Numbered from the stretch's first letter, positions 19,083-28,956 are shown. The stretch is DNA of 64,000 bases from Deltaproteobacteria bacterium (GCA_021162935.1 JAGGXR010000063.1:10043-74042), one strand, 5' to 3'. Notes: generated by a model from the letters alone, not told the origin. Numbers and translations: made by a program.

Positions 19083-20219
19083 ATGGCAGAGATCGTGGTA
19101 TTGGGTTGTGGACTGATGGGGCGCGTGATCGCCGAGGACCTTGCAGATCAAGGACGAAACCACGTGGTGGTGGTGGATCGTCGGGCGGATGCGGCCGCCT
19201 TCGTCGAGGGGCTCGATTCGGTGGAATTTCGGCGGGTGGACGTGTCGGACGTGGGACGGACCGGTGATTGGTTCGAACAGGCGGACTTGGTGGTGGGCGC
19301 CCTGCCGGGGGCGGTGGGATTCGCCATGCTGCGGCGGCTCATTCGGGCCGGATGTCGACGCGTGTTGGATATTTCTTTCATGCCGCAGGACCCCATGGAA
19401 CTGGACGCCCTTGCCCGGGAGAAGGGCGCGTGCTGCGTGGTGGACGGCGGCGTGGCGCCTGGCTTGAGTCACATGCTCGCCGCACACCTTTCGAGTCGGA
19501 TCGAACAGCCAGAGGAGCTGCGCATCCTGGTGGGCGGCCTGCCTCAGCGCAGGAGTCTGCCGTTCGAGTACATGTCGGTGTTTTCCCCGAGGGACGTGAT
19601 CGAGGAATACACGAGGCCGGCACGCATTCGGTGGGCGGATCGTGTGGTGGAACGACCGGCCCTGAGCGGCCTGGAACTGGTGGACGTACCAGGGGTGGGA
19701 ACCCTGGAGGCCTTCTTGACCGATGGGCTTCGAAGTTTGCTCCGGGACGAGACGATTCCGTTCATGGAAGAAAAGACGCTTCGCTATCCAGGTCACGCGG
19801 CCAGGATGCAGATGCTGGCCGATGCCGGCTTCTTTGCCGTGGACCCGGTGGCCTTGAGCGATGCGACGGTGCGACCGGTGGAACTGACGGCCAAGCTGCT
19901 CGAACAGGCCTGGCGGCCCAAGGCGGGAGACCTGGATCTCACGGTGCTGCATGTGGAGGTGTCAGGCAAGGACGCTTCGGGCGAGCCCGTACGCTGGCGG
20001 GCCGACATGCTCGACAGGGCGCAGCCCGAGGGACCGAGTTCCATGGCACGGACCACGGGCTACACGGCGACCGGGTTGGCCAGGCTCCTGCTGAACGACC
20101 GATGGACCGCACCGGGTGTGACTGTGCCAGAGACGATTGGTCGCGACTCGGATCTCGTCGAGGCTCTGATCGCCCACATGAAGGAACGGAAGGTTCGGAT
20201 CGACATTTCGGGTGGCTGA
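19083..20219 (+). CDS. Saccharopine dehydrogenase (NADP-binding) family oxidoreductase
   Basis: N-terminal Rossmann motif IVVLGCGLMGRVIAEDL. Length and C-terminal region are typical of the Sacchrp_dh family. ATG at 19083 with ggagg 5 nt upstream. Confidence 0.65.
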   Translation: MAEIVVLGCGLMGRVIAEDLADQGRNHVVVVDRRADAAAFVEGLDSVEFRRVDVSDVGRTGDWFEQADLVVGALPGAVGFAMLRRLIRAGCRRVLDISFMPQDPMELDALAREKGACCVVDGGVAPGLSHMLAAHLSSRIEQPEELRILVGGLPQRRSLPFEYMSVFSPRDVIEEYTRPARIRWADRVVERPALSGLELVDVPGVGTLEAFLTDGLRSLLRDETIPFMEEKTLRYPGHAARMQMLADAGFFAVDPVALSDATVRPVELTAKLLEQAWRPKAGDLDLTVLHVEVSGKDASGEPVRWRADMLDRAQPEGPSSMARTTGYTATGLARLLLNDRWTAPGVTVPETIGRDSDLVEALIAHMKERKVRIDISGG

Positions 20220-20221
20220 TG

Positions 20222-20252
20222 GATGGCAGATCTGTTCTGACCAGCCTCCTGA
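20222..20252. repeat. Solo MITE terminus (31 bp)
   Basis: gatggcagatctgttctgaccagcctcctga matches the right end of MITE copy A. Sits 3 bp after the saccharopine-DH-family stop. Confidence 0.6.
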
Positions 20253-20349
20253 CGTGAATGGCAGGAGTGACTGTGTCCAATAATTTGATGGTCGACGGAT
20301 GGTTGCTGGTTGACTCATTGTCTGGCGGGGATCGGGTAGGAGGTGTAAG

Positions 20350-21312
20350 ATGTCGCTGAATACTGATGGAAGAAAGTGGATCTACGGTCCTGTGCCGTCT
20401 CGTCGGTTTGGCCTGTCGTTGGGCGTGGACCTGGTGCCCTACAAGGTTTGTTCCTATGATTGCGTCTACTGCCAGGTGGGAAAGACGACGGACCGGGAGG
20501 TTGACCTTCGGGATTGGGTGGAGCCTCGCGTGGTGGCCGACGCCGTGGTCGATGCGGTGTCAGGCGACGTGAGGCCGGACGTGGTCACCATGGCCGGATC
20601 GGGAGAGCCGACCTTGTATCGTAGTTTGGGGCTTCTCATTCACGATATCAAGGACCGCACTGCCGGCATTCCCGTGGTGGTCCTGACCAATGGGAGCCTG
20701 TTTTGGATGGACGAGGTGGTCGAAGCGGTCGAAGAGGCAGATGTGCTCGCTCCGTCTTTGGATGCGGGTGATGAGAAGACCTTTCGTGGGCTGAATCGGC
20801 CGCATCCTTCTATCACGTTCGACCGCATGCTCGATGGCCTGGAAAAAGTGACTCATGCATTTGCGGGGACCGTGCGGCTCGAGGTGATGCTCGTGGCCGG
20901 AGCCAACGATTCCAACGAGAGTCTCCACAGGATTGCTCATTGCATGGAGCGTCTGCGCGTGGACGTGGTGGACGTGAACACGGTCGTGCGTCCGGTTCCG
21001 GGAGCCAGGCCCATGGCCTGTAGCCTCGCGGTGCTCGAAAAAGCGGCGGCGATTTTTGGGCCTAAGGCCCATATCGTGCCCGAGGAGGCGGATCTGCATG
21101 GTCGGGAGTCCGAACTGAAGTCTCTGACCGACGCAGCGGATCGGATTCTGGCACTTGTGAGCAGACGACCGGCGACCCCCGCCCAGATCCGGGTGGCGCT
21201 CGGCCTCCAGCCCGTGATCCAATCCAAGGCCCTGGCCAAGCTTCTGCATGACGGTCGGGTCGTGGAGCGGATTTTGGATGGAGATGCGTTTATTGCCGTG
21301 AACAGGAAGTGA
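20350..21312 (+). CDS. Radical SAM protein (COG0731-like Fe-S oxidoreductase)
   Basis: GPVPSRRFGLSLGVDLVPYKVCSYDCVYCQ contains the CxxxCxxC radical-SAM cluster motif. RBS gtaggaggtg. Confidence 0.7.
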   Translation: MSLNTDGRKWIYGPVPSRRFGLSLGVDLVPYKVCSYDCVYCQVGKTTDREVDLRDWVEPRVVADAVVDAVSGDVRPDVVTMAGSGEPTLYRSLGLLIHDIKDRTAGIPVVVLTNGSLFWMDEVVEAVEEADVLAPSLDAGDEKTFRGLNRPHPSITFDRMLDGLEKVTHAFAGTVRLEVMLVAGANDSNESLHRIAHCMERLRVDVVDVNTVVRPVPGARPMACSLAVLEKAAAIFGPKAHIVPEEADLHGRESELKSLTDAADRILALVSRRPATPAQIRVALGLQPVIQSKALAKLLHDGRVVERILDGDAFIAVNRK

Positions 21313-21320
21313 TTGGAACG

Positions 21321-22475
21321 CTATTTCCAACGGGCAATGTTCAGTTTACGTCCTGGCGTGACGGTGATCAGGCGGATCATGGATTTCTTGCCGTCGTAGC
21401 TCCTGAATTCCACCTTGTAGGGCTTGGCTCGGGCTGGGATGCCGATTTCGTTCCAGAGTCCAACGTCCCGGCCGTCCACCCGGATTCGGGCCCAGGGCGT
21501 CAGTTTGACGATGAGGACGCCGATACCGAAATTTCTCTTTGTCACCTGTCCTCGCTTGACGAAGACGCGCATCTTTCTGCCGACATGATACCTGCGGTAA
21601 TAGAAGATGACGGAGTATTCACCCTCGGGTACCAGAAGTTGTTTGATGGGGGTTTTTTTGCCCACGAGAGGCGCCCTGTTGATCCACACCTCGCAGGGGA
21701 ACGATGCCGTGAGGGTGAGCTTGCCCAGGACAGGTGAATTCTTGAGCCGTTTTCTGACCTCGCGTGCATTTTTCCCGCCGGGCATGACGCGCAGATACCG
21801 GACATAATAGGCTTGGGCCTGCTTCGTCTCGTGGAGTTTGGCGTACACCTGGCCGATCCACCGCAGGGCTCCGACCAGGGTCGGGTCCAGCATGAGGGCC
21901 GCCTGGAAGTACTTGATGGATGTGTGGTATCGGTGCCTTCGTGTCGCCTTCAATCCAAGGGTGAACGCTTTGACGCCGAAGGTTCGGGCGGATGCATGGG
22001 CCGCCAGATCCGAATCCACGAATGGAGCCGGCATGGACGCCATGGCCTTGATGGCGGTTTGGGCGGCGGCGATTTTTTTCGCATCCTTGGAGATCTTGAT
22101 GAAACGACGGAACGTTTCTGATGCCTCCACGAACTGTCCTGACATTCGGTAGACCTGTGCCAGCCGATACATGAGTTTGGGATTGTCGCCGGTCAGCGCC
22201 ACGGCGCCGCGGTACAGGACCGCCGCCTTGACGATGTTGCCTTGGTCGATGGCCGCCTCGGCCGCTTTGGTCAGCCAGGTGGCGTTTGGCATTTTTGGGT
22301 TTGAGGTTGCAGCACGGGCCGACGGCCGTGCCATTCCATGCCGACGGGCGTGCCCCTGTCTCGTTCTGGCTACAGCACGGTGGTGACGGGGTCGAGCTTG
22401 GGCCGGAGCAGCCATGAGAAGGGTGCAGACGAGGGAAAGGAGTCCAATGCGGGTTGGAGGAGCAATGCTGTTCAT
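21321..22475 (-). CDS. Secreted TPR plus PEGA-domain protein
   Basis: Start at the ATG at 22475 (MNSIAPPTRIGLLSLVCTLLMAAPAQA signal peptide). TPR-like helical repeats, then C-terminal PEGA-type beta domains (LTLTASFPCEVWINRAP..., LIVKLTPWARIRVDGRDVG...). Confidence 0.6.
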   Translation of the reverse strand: MNSIAPPTRIGLLSLVCTLLMAAPAQARPRHHRAVARTRQGHARRHGMARPSARAATSNPKMPNATWLTKAAEAAIDQGNIVKAAVLYRGAVALTGDNPKLMYRLAQVYRMSGQFVEASETFRRFIKISKDAKKIAAAQTAIKAMASMPAPFVDSDLAAHASARTFGVKAFTLGLKATRRHRYHTSIKYFQAALMLDPTLVGALRWIGQVYAKLHETKQAQAYYVRYLRVMPGGKNAREVRKRLKNSPVLGKLTLTASFPCEVWINRAPLVGKKTPIKQLLVPEGEYSVIFYYRRYHVGRKMRVFVKRGQVTKRNFGIGVLIVKLTPWARIRVDGRDVGLWNEIGIPARAKPYKVEFRSYDGKKSMIRLITVTPGRKLNIARWK

Positions 22476-22680
22476 GACGTTTGCCTCTCGGTCTGGCGTG
22501 CGCTGGGGCGACAACGAACGCTGATGGTGCTTCCAATGGTGATCGTTTCGACGTTTTATGCCTGTTTTCCCGGAGTCGGAAAATTGGCTTTCTTGTCGCT
22601 GTTGTGGAATTTTAGCGTAAATCCGTTGCTTGGCAAAGTTCCTTTTGCTATGGTTATGTGAGCTAGCAGACGAAAGGCCC

Positions 22681-23613
22681 ATGGTTCCCACGAGAATTTT
22701 GTTATTGGAGCGGAACAAGCTCCACCTCCGGAAGCTGACGCGGGTCCTGACCTGCACCGGTGTCGAAGTCATCCCAATGGAGGACAAGTCCGAACTGTCT
22801 TTGCATTTGGACGACCAACCGGCGGTTTTATGCGCAGACGCGGTGGATCTGTCTTCCGTGGTCGCGATTCTGGATGCACGTCAGGACATCCGTGCTGTGG
22901 TCTGGACAGCCAGCCAGGACCGCGCCGTCCTGGAGCGGGCGCTCGACCATCCTCGCCTTAGTCACATTTTGGGGCGAGCGTCACCCGATGTTCCTCCGAG
23001 GGAATGGGAGATTCTATGGACGGTGCGACGGATGATAACCGGCGAGCGTCCGTCGCTGGCCAGCCTGTTGCATTGGGGGTACACGGGCTTCAAAGAGACG
23101 GTTCGTACCCCACGCGATCGGGACCTGTGCGTCGAGGGAGTCGTTCGTTTTTGTGAGCGCCTCAATACGCCCGGTCGAGTTCGGGAGATGCTCGGGGAGT
23201 TCGCGCACGAATTGTTGATGAATGCCATGTACGATGCTCCAGTCGACGCGGCTGGACAACCCAAGTACGCCCATGACCGAAAGGCGCAGATCGAGTTGTC
23301 CGACGACGAAGCCGCGGTGATCCGCTGTGCGTCTGATGGGACGAAAATTCTCATTTCGGTGGTGGATCGGTTTGGGAGATTGCCACGGGACAAGGTGTTT
23401 TCCGGGATGCTCCGCGGATTGGATGGCGGAATCATGGATAAAAGTTACGGCGGAGCCGGTCTTGGGATGGTATATGTCTATAAGGCGAGTGTTGTTTCGA
23501 TATTTGACGTCGAACCAGGCAAGCGAACCGAGGTGACCGGGATTTACGAATTGGACCTGAATCAACGAATTTTTCGAACTTTGCCCAGGTCAGTGCATGT
23601 ATTCATCGGGTGA
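22681..23613 (+). CDS. Degenerate receiver-like domain fused to a GHKL ATPase (RsbW/SpoIIAB-like anti-sigma kinase-like), paralog 1
   Basis: The N-terminal about 110 aa have receiver-like topology, but the acidic pocket is replaced (ILLLERN). The C-terminal domain has an N-box ELLMNAMYDAP, a G1-like VVDRFGRL and G2 GGAGLGMVY. Paralogous to 28957-29955. ATG at 22681. Confidence 0.55.
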   Translation: MVPTRILLLERNKLHLRKLTRVLTCTGVEVIPMEDKSELSLHLDDQPAVLCADAVDLSSVVAILDARQDIRAVVWTASQDRAVLERALDHPRLSHILGRASPDVPPREWEILWTVRRMITGERPSLASLLHWGYTGFKETVRTPRDRDLCVEGVVRFCERLNTPGRVREMLGEFAHELLMNAMYDAPVDAAGQPKYAHDRKAQIELSDDEAAVIRCASDGTKILISVVDRFGRLPRDKVFSGMLRGLDGGIMDKSYGGAGLGMVYVYKASVVSIFDVEPGKRTEVTGIYELDLNQRIFRTLPRSVHVFIG

Positions 23614-23694
23614 GACTTGGGACGACTGCCGTTCAGGGTTCGCGCTGAGAAGTGGAAAATATTCTTGCCGGTGTTCTGAAAGAGGAGTGATGCG

Positions 23695-25911
23695 ATGACG
23701 GGAGCAATGAACCAGGCGGGAGGGCAGCCGAAGCTTCAGATTGCGAAGATCGTCGAAGGCGACATCATGAGCCTTCGATTCATCGGGACCATTGATGAGG
23801 ATTTCGATGGGAAGCAGATGGCAGAGACGGTCAAAGGGACGCTGATTTTGGATCTTGGGCAGGTGCGGCGCATCAGCTCTTTCGGTATTCGTGAGTGGGT
23901 CGACTTCATCGGTGCAGCCAGCGAGAAGTGCAAGGCCATCTACTTCGTCGAGTGCTCTCCGAAGGTGATGGACCAGTTCAACATGGTGGCGAACTTTGCT
24001 GGCAAGGGACGCGTCCTTTCCTTTTATGCCCCGTACCGATGCGATTACTGCGACGACGATCGGGTGCGACTCGTTCAGGTGGAGGACAGCTGGGACGATA
24101 TTCAGAACATGCACCTGCCGGACTATCCCTGCGAGTCCTGTGGAAACCCTGAGTATTTCGATGAAGATCCCCAGAGCTTCTTCAATCACTTGATCAACCA
24201 GCCCAAGGTCGAGCCGGATCCGGCGGTGGCCAATTTTTTGGCCACGAAGCTCAACTATACGGTATCCGATGCCGCGAGGCGGCTTCGCATCGAGAAGCAC
24301 ATTGGTAGGGCAACCTATATCAAGTTGGCCGGGGATCTGGATGCCGACTTCCCGAAGAACAAGATTGTCGAGGGGTTGGAAGGCGATGTGGTGTTCGACG
24401 TGGGAAGCCTCGGCCGCATCGACGACGCAGGAGCTACGGTTTGGGCCAACGCCATGCAGGAGATCGCCCAGACTGCGTCGCGTGTCATGGTCAGACACGC
24501 GACACCTGGTTTCATCGAACGACTCACCACGCCCGAGGCGCTCGCCGGCAAGGTGGAGGTGCTCGACCTCTATATGCCGTTTGCCTGTTCCCATTGCGGC
24601 ACGACGGCAGCGCAACTCGTGGACGTGGCCGAGCATTTCGACGTGCTTAAATTTGCGACACCTCCGGAGATGACCTGCTCGGATTGCGGCGCCAAGACCG
24701 ATTGCGTTGCATCCGAGGAGTTCATGGCGCAGGTTGCCGGGCTGCCGAAGCCCGATCTGTCGTCGGACCTGAAGAAGTTCTTCGACGAGGCGGAAGAAAT
24801 CGTCAACCGTCCTCCGGTAGCTGCTGCACAGGGGCCGCAGGCGGGCCTGCCTTCGTTGGGTGGGGGGGCGGCGCCCATGGTGGCGCCGGCACGGACCATG
24901 GGGCTCGCCGCTCTGATTGCCGTGGTGGTTTCATTGGTCGTGGTGCTCGGTGTGGGGCTCATGGTCTGGAAGTACGTCCAGATGAAGAAGACGAAGCTCT
25001 ACGACGAGGCTGGGACCGTGGTGAAACAGAAGGCGGCCAAGCTGCCTGGCTGGATGAAGAAGGCCAAGACGAAGAGTGTGTGGCGTGATGGGGGCGTCCT
25101 GACGGTGGTGGGCTATTCTCACAGCGCCAGGGACAGCGAGCAAGCTCGTCAGTTGGCGGTGGAAGACGCCCTGGAGAGCATCGTGCAAGAGATTGCCGAC
25201 GGCGTGCAGAACGAGGACTGGAAGCAGGCGGTTATGGCCCAATACAAGGACGTTCGATCCGACAGCATCGAGCGCCTCAAGACCGCCATGACCGCAAAGG
25301 ATGCGGATGCCGTTCGAAAAGCCAGGAAGAAGGTGTGGGAAGCGAGACGCCGGGTGGCCAAGGCGTTTAGGGCCACGGCCTACGAGGTGCCCAAGGAGGG
25401 AGACGACTTTTGGCAGAAGCTCAAGACGTCGGACGGCATTCGTTGGCGGTATTGGGTCATCATCCAGGTGGACGAAAAGAAGATCGAGGGGTATCGCCAG
25501 CACTATACGAAGTTGTACAAGACGCAGGGCGTGATCGTCGCAAACTACTTTCCCGGCTTGGCTTGGGCCTATCCGACGGCGACCGCGGGAGCCGTCGTCT
25601 TGAAGGTGGATGCCGGTAGCCCCTGGCGGGTCCCCGGTTTGGAGCGTGGCAATCTGATCGTGGAATGTCGGCGCCAGCAGATTGGCAGCGGCAAGGTTTT
25701 CGTGGAGTCCATCGATGAGACGACGCGGCTTTTCAAGGATTCGGGCGGTCGGGTCGAGTGCAAGACGCTGTACGGGTCGGTGGTGCGGCCGGTCGGGTAC
25801 GAGATTGCCCGGAAAACCCAGCCAAGGGTCCACAACGGCGGGCGAACGTATCCGCACCATCGGCCGGCCACCACGTTCACCGGAAATGTGTGGGACGATC
25901 CCACGAAATGA
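23695..25911 (+). CDS. Membrane-anchored protein with two tandem STAS-like domains, each followed by a Cys4 zinc-ribbon, one TM helix, and a C-terminal PDZ-like domain
   Basis: STAS module 1: LILDLGQVRRISSFGIREWVDF...ECSPKVMDQFNMVANF then FYAPYRCDYCD...CESCG. Module 2: VVFDVGSLGRIDDAG...LYMPFACSHCG...CSDCG. TM segment GLAALIAVVVSLVVVLGVGLMVW. C-terminal region GLERGNLIVECRRQQIGSGKVFVESI. RBS gaaagaggag. Confidence 0.6.
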   Translation: MTGAMNQAGGQPKLQIAKIVEGDIMSLRFIGTIDEDFDGKQMAETVKGTLILDLGQVRRISSFGIREWVDFIGAASEKCKAIYFVECSPKVMDQFNMVANFAGKGRVLSFYAPYRCDYCDDDRVRLVQVEDSWDDIQNMHLPDYPCESCGNPEYFDEDPQSFFNHLINQPKVEPDPAVANFLATKLNYTVSDAARRLRIEKHIGRATYIKLAGDLDADFPKNKIVEGLEGDVVFDVGSLGRIDDAGATVWANAMQEIAQTASRVMVRHATPGFIERLTTPEALAGKVEVLDLYMPFACSHCGTTAAQLVDVAEHFDVLKFATPPEMTCSDCGAKTDCVASEEFMAQVAGLPKPDLSSDLKKFFDEAEEIVNRPPVAAAQGPQAGLPSLGGGAAPMVAPARTMGLAALIAVVVSLVVVLGVGLMVWKYVQMKKTKLYDEAGTVVKQKAAKLPGWMKKAKTKSVWRDGGVLTVVGYSHSARDSEQARQLAVEDALESIVQEIADGVQNEDWKQAVMAQYKDVRSDSIERLKTAMTAKDADAVRKARKKVWEARRRVAKAFRATAYEVPKEGDDFWQKLKTSDGIRWRYWVIIQVDEKKIEGYRQHYTKLYKTQGVIVANYFPGLAWAYPTATAGAVVLKVDAGSPWRVPGLERGNLIVECRRQQIGSGKVFVESIDETTRLFKDSGGRVECKTLYGSVVRPVGYEIARKTQPRVHNGGRTYPHHRPATTFTGNVWDDPTK

Positions 25912-25953
25912 GGCTCGTGACGCAATGAGGCTCGTGACGCAGCGAGGTTCGAG

Positions 25954-27174
25954 ATGAGGAACTGGATTGCATTCGGGCTGCTTGCCTTGGCGGTCATGGC
26001 TGGCACCCCGGCCCGGGGACAGACGTTCTCCAGCCCCCGACAACGTGCCAAGTACGTACGCCTGTATAACAAGGGGAACGCCTTTTTGTATCAGGGCCAA
26101 TATGTTCCCGCCATTGCTCATTTCAAGCAGGCCATTGCCATCGCCCCCCAGTTGCCCGGTGCCTGGCGGCAGCTCGGGTTGGCCTACGAGGGCATGGAGG
26201 AGTATCGGTCGGCCATCAGGGCCTATCAGCAGTATTTGAAGTATGCTGGCACGAGAGGAAAGTACGCCGTCAAGGTGATGCTGCGCATCAACGTGTGCCG
26301 GTCCAAGGTTGGGCTGCCGCCGAAGAAATTCGAAACCTTCCTGACAGGACGGCCGGGCATGGTCAACGTGACCTGCAACGTCGAGGGTGCTCTGGTTCGG
26401 GTCGACAACGTTCAGCGAGCTTCGACGCCGACCGGTCCCTTGCCAGTCTCCCCGGGGTTGCACACGATCACGGTCTCCAAGGTGGGGCGTTTGCCCTGGA
26501 GTTCCTCGATTGTGATCCAATCGGGGCAGAACGCCTCGGTGAACGCGGTCCTCAAGCCCGATCCCTCGTATCATCTTATCGTAGTTCGTCCGAGAATTGC
26601 CGTTCCCAAGACGACCCGGGCCTCGGTGATCATGAGGGTCAACGTCAAGCAATTCCAGGTGTTCGCCAACGGCAAGCGGGTGGCTTCTGGTGCTACCGGA
26701 GCCTATGAGTTGGGATCGGGGATCTGGCTGGTCGAGGTGCGGGCGCCTGGGATGCTGACCTGGAGCCGTAAGGTGTCTCTGGGCAAGGGAGAACATCGGG
26801 TGTTCGACGTTCGGTTGTACAATCGAAAGCGGCAGATTGCATTCAGTCGATATGCCTGGGCGACCTTGGCGACGGCGGCCGCACTGACCATCGTGGGCGC
26901 TGGATTCGGGTTTGCCGAGGACCATGCTTATGAACGGGTTCGAGATCGGGATGCATCGTCGAGGCAGGAACTGGATGACTTCGCCCGTCGCGGTAAGGCC
27001 TATCGAGCGGTTTCTTTGACCCTGTATGGTGCCGCCGGTGCGGCACTCATCACGTCGGCCGTGTTTTTTTTGCTGCATCACAGGAGTGAGTCTGCGACAG
27101 GCAAAGTCCCTCTGTCGCTATCTGTGGGGCGCAGGGGTGTTTCCCTGTCCTTTACCAGGGAGGTGGATTTCTGA
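25954..27174 (+). CDS. Secreted TPR plus PEGA-domain protein with a C-terminal TM anchor
   Basis: Signal peptide LLALAVMAGTPARGQ. TPR-like AIAHFKQAIAIAPQLPGAWRQLGLAYEGMEEYRSAIRAYQQYL. Two PEGA-like modules (MVNVTCNVEGALVRVDN..., IWLVEVRAPGM...). TM segment WATLATAAALTIVGAGFGFA. Confidence 0.65.
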   Translation: MRNWIAFGLLALAVMAGTPARGQTFSSPRQRAKYVRLYNKGNAFLYQGQYVPAIAHFKQAIAIAPQLPGAWRQLGLAYEGMEEYRSAIRAYQQYLKYAGTRGKYAVKVMLRINVCRSKVGLPPKKFETFLTGRPGMVNVTCNVEGALVRVDNVQRASTPTGPLPVSPGLHTITVSKVGRLPWSSSIVIQSGQNASVNAVLKPDPSYHLIVVRPRIAVPKTTRASVIMRVNVKQFQVFANGKRVASGATGAYELGSGIWLVEVRAPGMLTWSRKVSLGKGEHRVFDVRLYNRKRQIAFSRYAWATLATAAALTIVGAGFGFAEDHAYERVRDRDASSRQELDDFARRGKAYRAVSLTLYGAAGAALITSAVFFLLHHRSESATGKVPLSLSVGRRGVSLSFTREVDF

Positions 27175-27599
27175 TGCGGACAACGGTCTTGTGGTCGCTC
27201 GTCGTCTCCGCTCTCGTCATGGGGAGTGGCTGTCCTCTTGGTCACGACCAGTACGATACGTCCCGGAGTTGCGTCGAAAATAGCCAATGCCCCGGCAGTG
27301 AGATCTGCCTTGCTCCAGATGCATCAGTGGGCGATGGCGGCGGGTTGGCTCAAAGTACCTGCCAGGCCGAAGAGGGGCTGACCCGTTGCGTCTTCGGCGA
27401 TGCCGGAGTTTCCTACTACTGTTCGTCGTCCGGAGCGTCTTGCTATCACCAAATAAGGACCTGTCTCGAATTCGACCGTGATGCGGGCTGTCCAAACGGC
27501 TGCGAGGACGATGCGGGCAATCAATGGGACGCGGGTTGCACCAAGTGGCAGCCGGAGCGTTTTGGATGCCACGAGGCGAAATCCGGGAGGTATCGATGA
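27174..27599 (+). CDS. Small Cys-rich secreted lipoprotein
   Basis: Signal peptide plus lipobox LVMGSGC. 16 Cys in 141 aa. Start overlaps the upstream stop and the stop overlaps the downstream start. Confidence 0.45.
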   Translation: MRTTVLWSLVVSALVMGSGCPLGHDQYDTSRSCVENSQCPGSEICLAPDASVGDGGGLAQSTCQAEEGLTRCVFGDAGVSYYCSSSGASCYHQIRTCLEFDRDAGCPNGCEDDAGNQWDAGCTKWQPERFGCHEAKSGRYR

Positions 27600-28915
27600 C
27601 CATGTCACCACGCGGATCGTCTCGGCAGAGCAGATCGGCCCTTGCTCCGCATGGAGCGGTCCGTCGGGCATTGCTGGGCGGGGCGACATCGTTTATCCTG
27701 GCGGTGGTTTTATTTTGGACCTTTCCCGCCCGAGCAGGCGGTTTCACGAGGGCGACGGGCATTGGAGCCCGGGCATCCGGCATGGGCGGTGGCTTTGCGG
27801 CTGTGGCGAGTGATGCGTCGGCCGTATTTTACAACCCGGCTGGCTTGGTGACCATCCCATCGGATGTGCTGGTGGGGTCGGAGTTGGTCTTCATCATTCG
27901 GAAGTACCAACCTTCCGGGGGCGAGATGGAAAAGGCGTCGACCGTTCCGCTTCCGCTTCCCTATGCCTTCGGGTCCGCTCGGTTCTTGGTGGGACAGGGC
28001 ATCCACATGGCGCTCGGTTTGGGGATCTATGCGTCTCAAGGGGGGGCAATCGAGTACAAGCAGCGGCCCATCACGGAGGGGATCGTCAAGTCCAGGGTCG
28101 GCCTGTATGAGTTCGTTCCTGCCGTGGCTCTCGAATTGAGCCGCAGGGTCCATGTGGGAGCGAGTCTTCGGATTGGACTCGGGTTCTTTTCAGTGAATCG
28201 CGGCTGTGGAGACCTGCTGAGCTGCAACCAAGGACGGATGGCTCAGACATTCACTGTGTTGGACACGATGTACGGGGTGGGATTCGGGTATGCGCTGGGC
28301 ATCCTGGTGGAGCCGTTTGACGGATTCACGGTGGGCGCCACGTATCATTCGAACATCAATGTGACGGCTCGCGGCAACGGTGCTCTGCATGCAGGAGGAG
28401 CCACCTATGATACGTCGGTCCGGCTGCCGTTTCCCCAGAGCGTCAGGCTCGGATTGGCGTACCGTATCAACCCGAAGTGGCTCGTTGCCTTTCAGGCGGA
28501 TTGGGTCGACAATTCCAGCTTTCAGGAACTGTTCGTGGACGTCAAGAAGGTGCATCTGCCGCGTTCTTTGATGACGACGCAGATGGATTGGGTTGACAGC
28601 TACGCCGTGCATGCCGGGGTGGAGTTCCAGCCGTTGTCTTGGCTTCAGGTGCGTTGGGGAATCGTTTACGATTCCAGTGCCATCAAGCTGCAGTATCGCA
28701 GCCGTGACCTGGAGGATGCCGAGAAGATTGGCTTTGACGCGGGCGTTTCGTTCCTGTTCGGTCGATGGCGTATCGAGGCCAGCCTGGATACAATGATGGG
28801 CGATGTGGCCAATGGGTTCAAGTCCGTGACGGTGCCCCAGAGCGCCTTGGCGCCTGGAAAACACTATCCTGGAGGCGCGGTCTACACGCACCTGGCTGCC
28901 GGCGCCCGTTTCTGA
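27596..28915 (+). CDS. FadL/OmpP1/TodX-family outer-membrane hydrophobic-compound transporter
   Basis: GARASGMGGGFAAVASDASAVFYNPAGL is the family N-terminal signature. About 14 predicted beta strands and a C-terminal aromatic residue. Start at the ATG at 27596 (ATGA overlap). Confidence 0.75.
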   Translation: MTMSPRGSSRQSRSALAPHGAVRRALLGGATSFILAVVLFWTFPARAGGFTRATGIGARASGMGGGFAAVASDASAVFYNPAGLVTIPSDVLVGSELVFIIRKYQPSGGEMEKASTVPLPLPYAFGSARFLVGQGIHMALGLGIYASQGGAIEYKQRPITEGIVKSRVGLYEFVPAVALELSRRVHVGASLRIGLGFFSVNRGCGDLLSCNQGRMAQTFTVLDTMYGVGFGYALGILVEPFDGFTVGATYHSNINVTARGNGALHAGGATYDTSVRLPFPQSVRLGLAYRINPKWLVAFQADWVDNSSFQELFVDVKKVHLPRSLMTTQMDWVDSYAVHAGVEFQPLSWLQVRWGIVYDSSAIKLQYRSRDLEDAEKIGFDAGVSFLFGRWRIEASLDTMMGDVANGFKSVTVPQSALAPGKHYPGGAVYTHLAAGARF

Positions 28916-28956
28916 CATTCGATCCACAAAAGACGGGATAGGGGGGCAGTGAGTCG

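Noticed and set aside
24931-27081. 716-aa minus-strand ORF
   Set aside because: Antisense to the tandem-STAS gene and the PEGA gene, both of which have clear domain support. Low-complexity R/P/G/H-rich translation.
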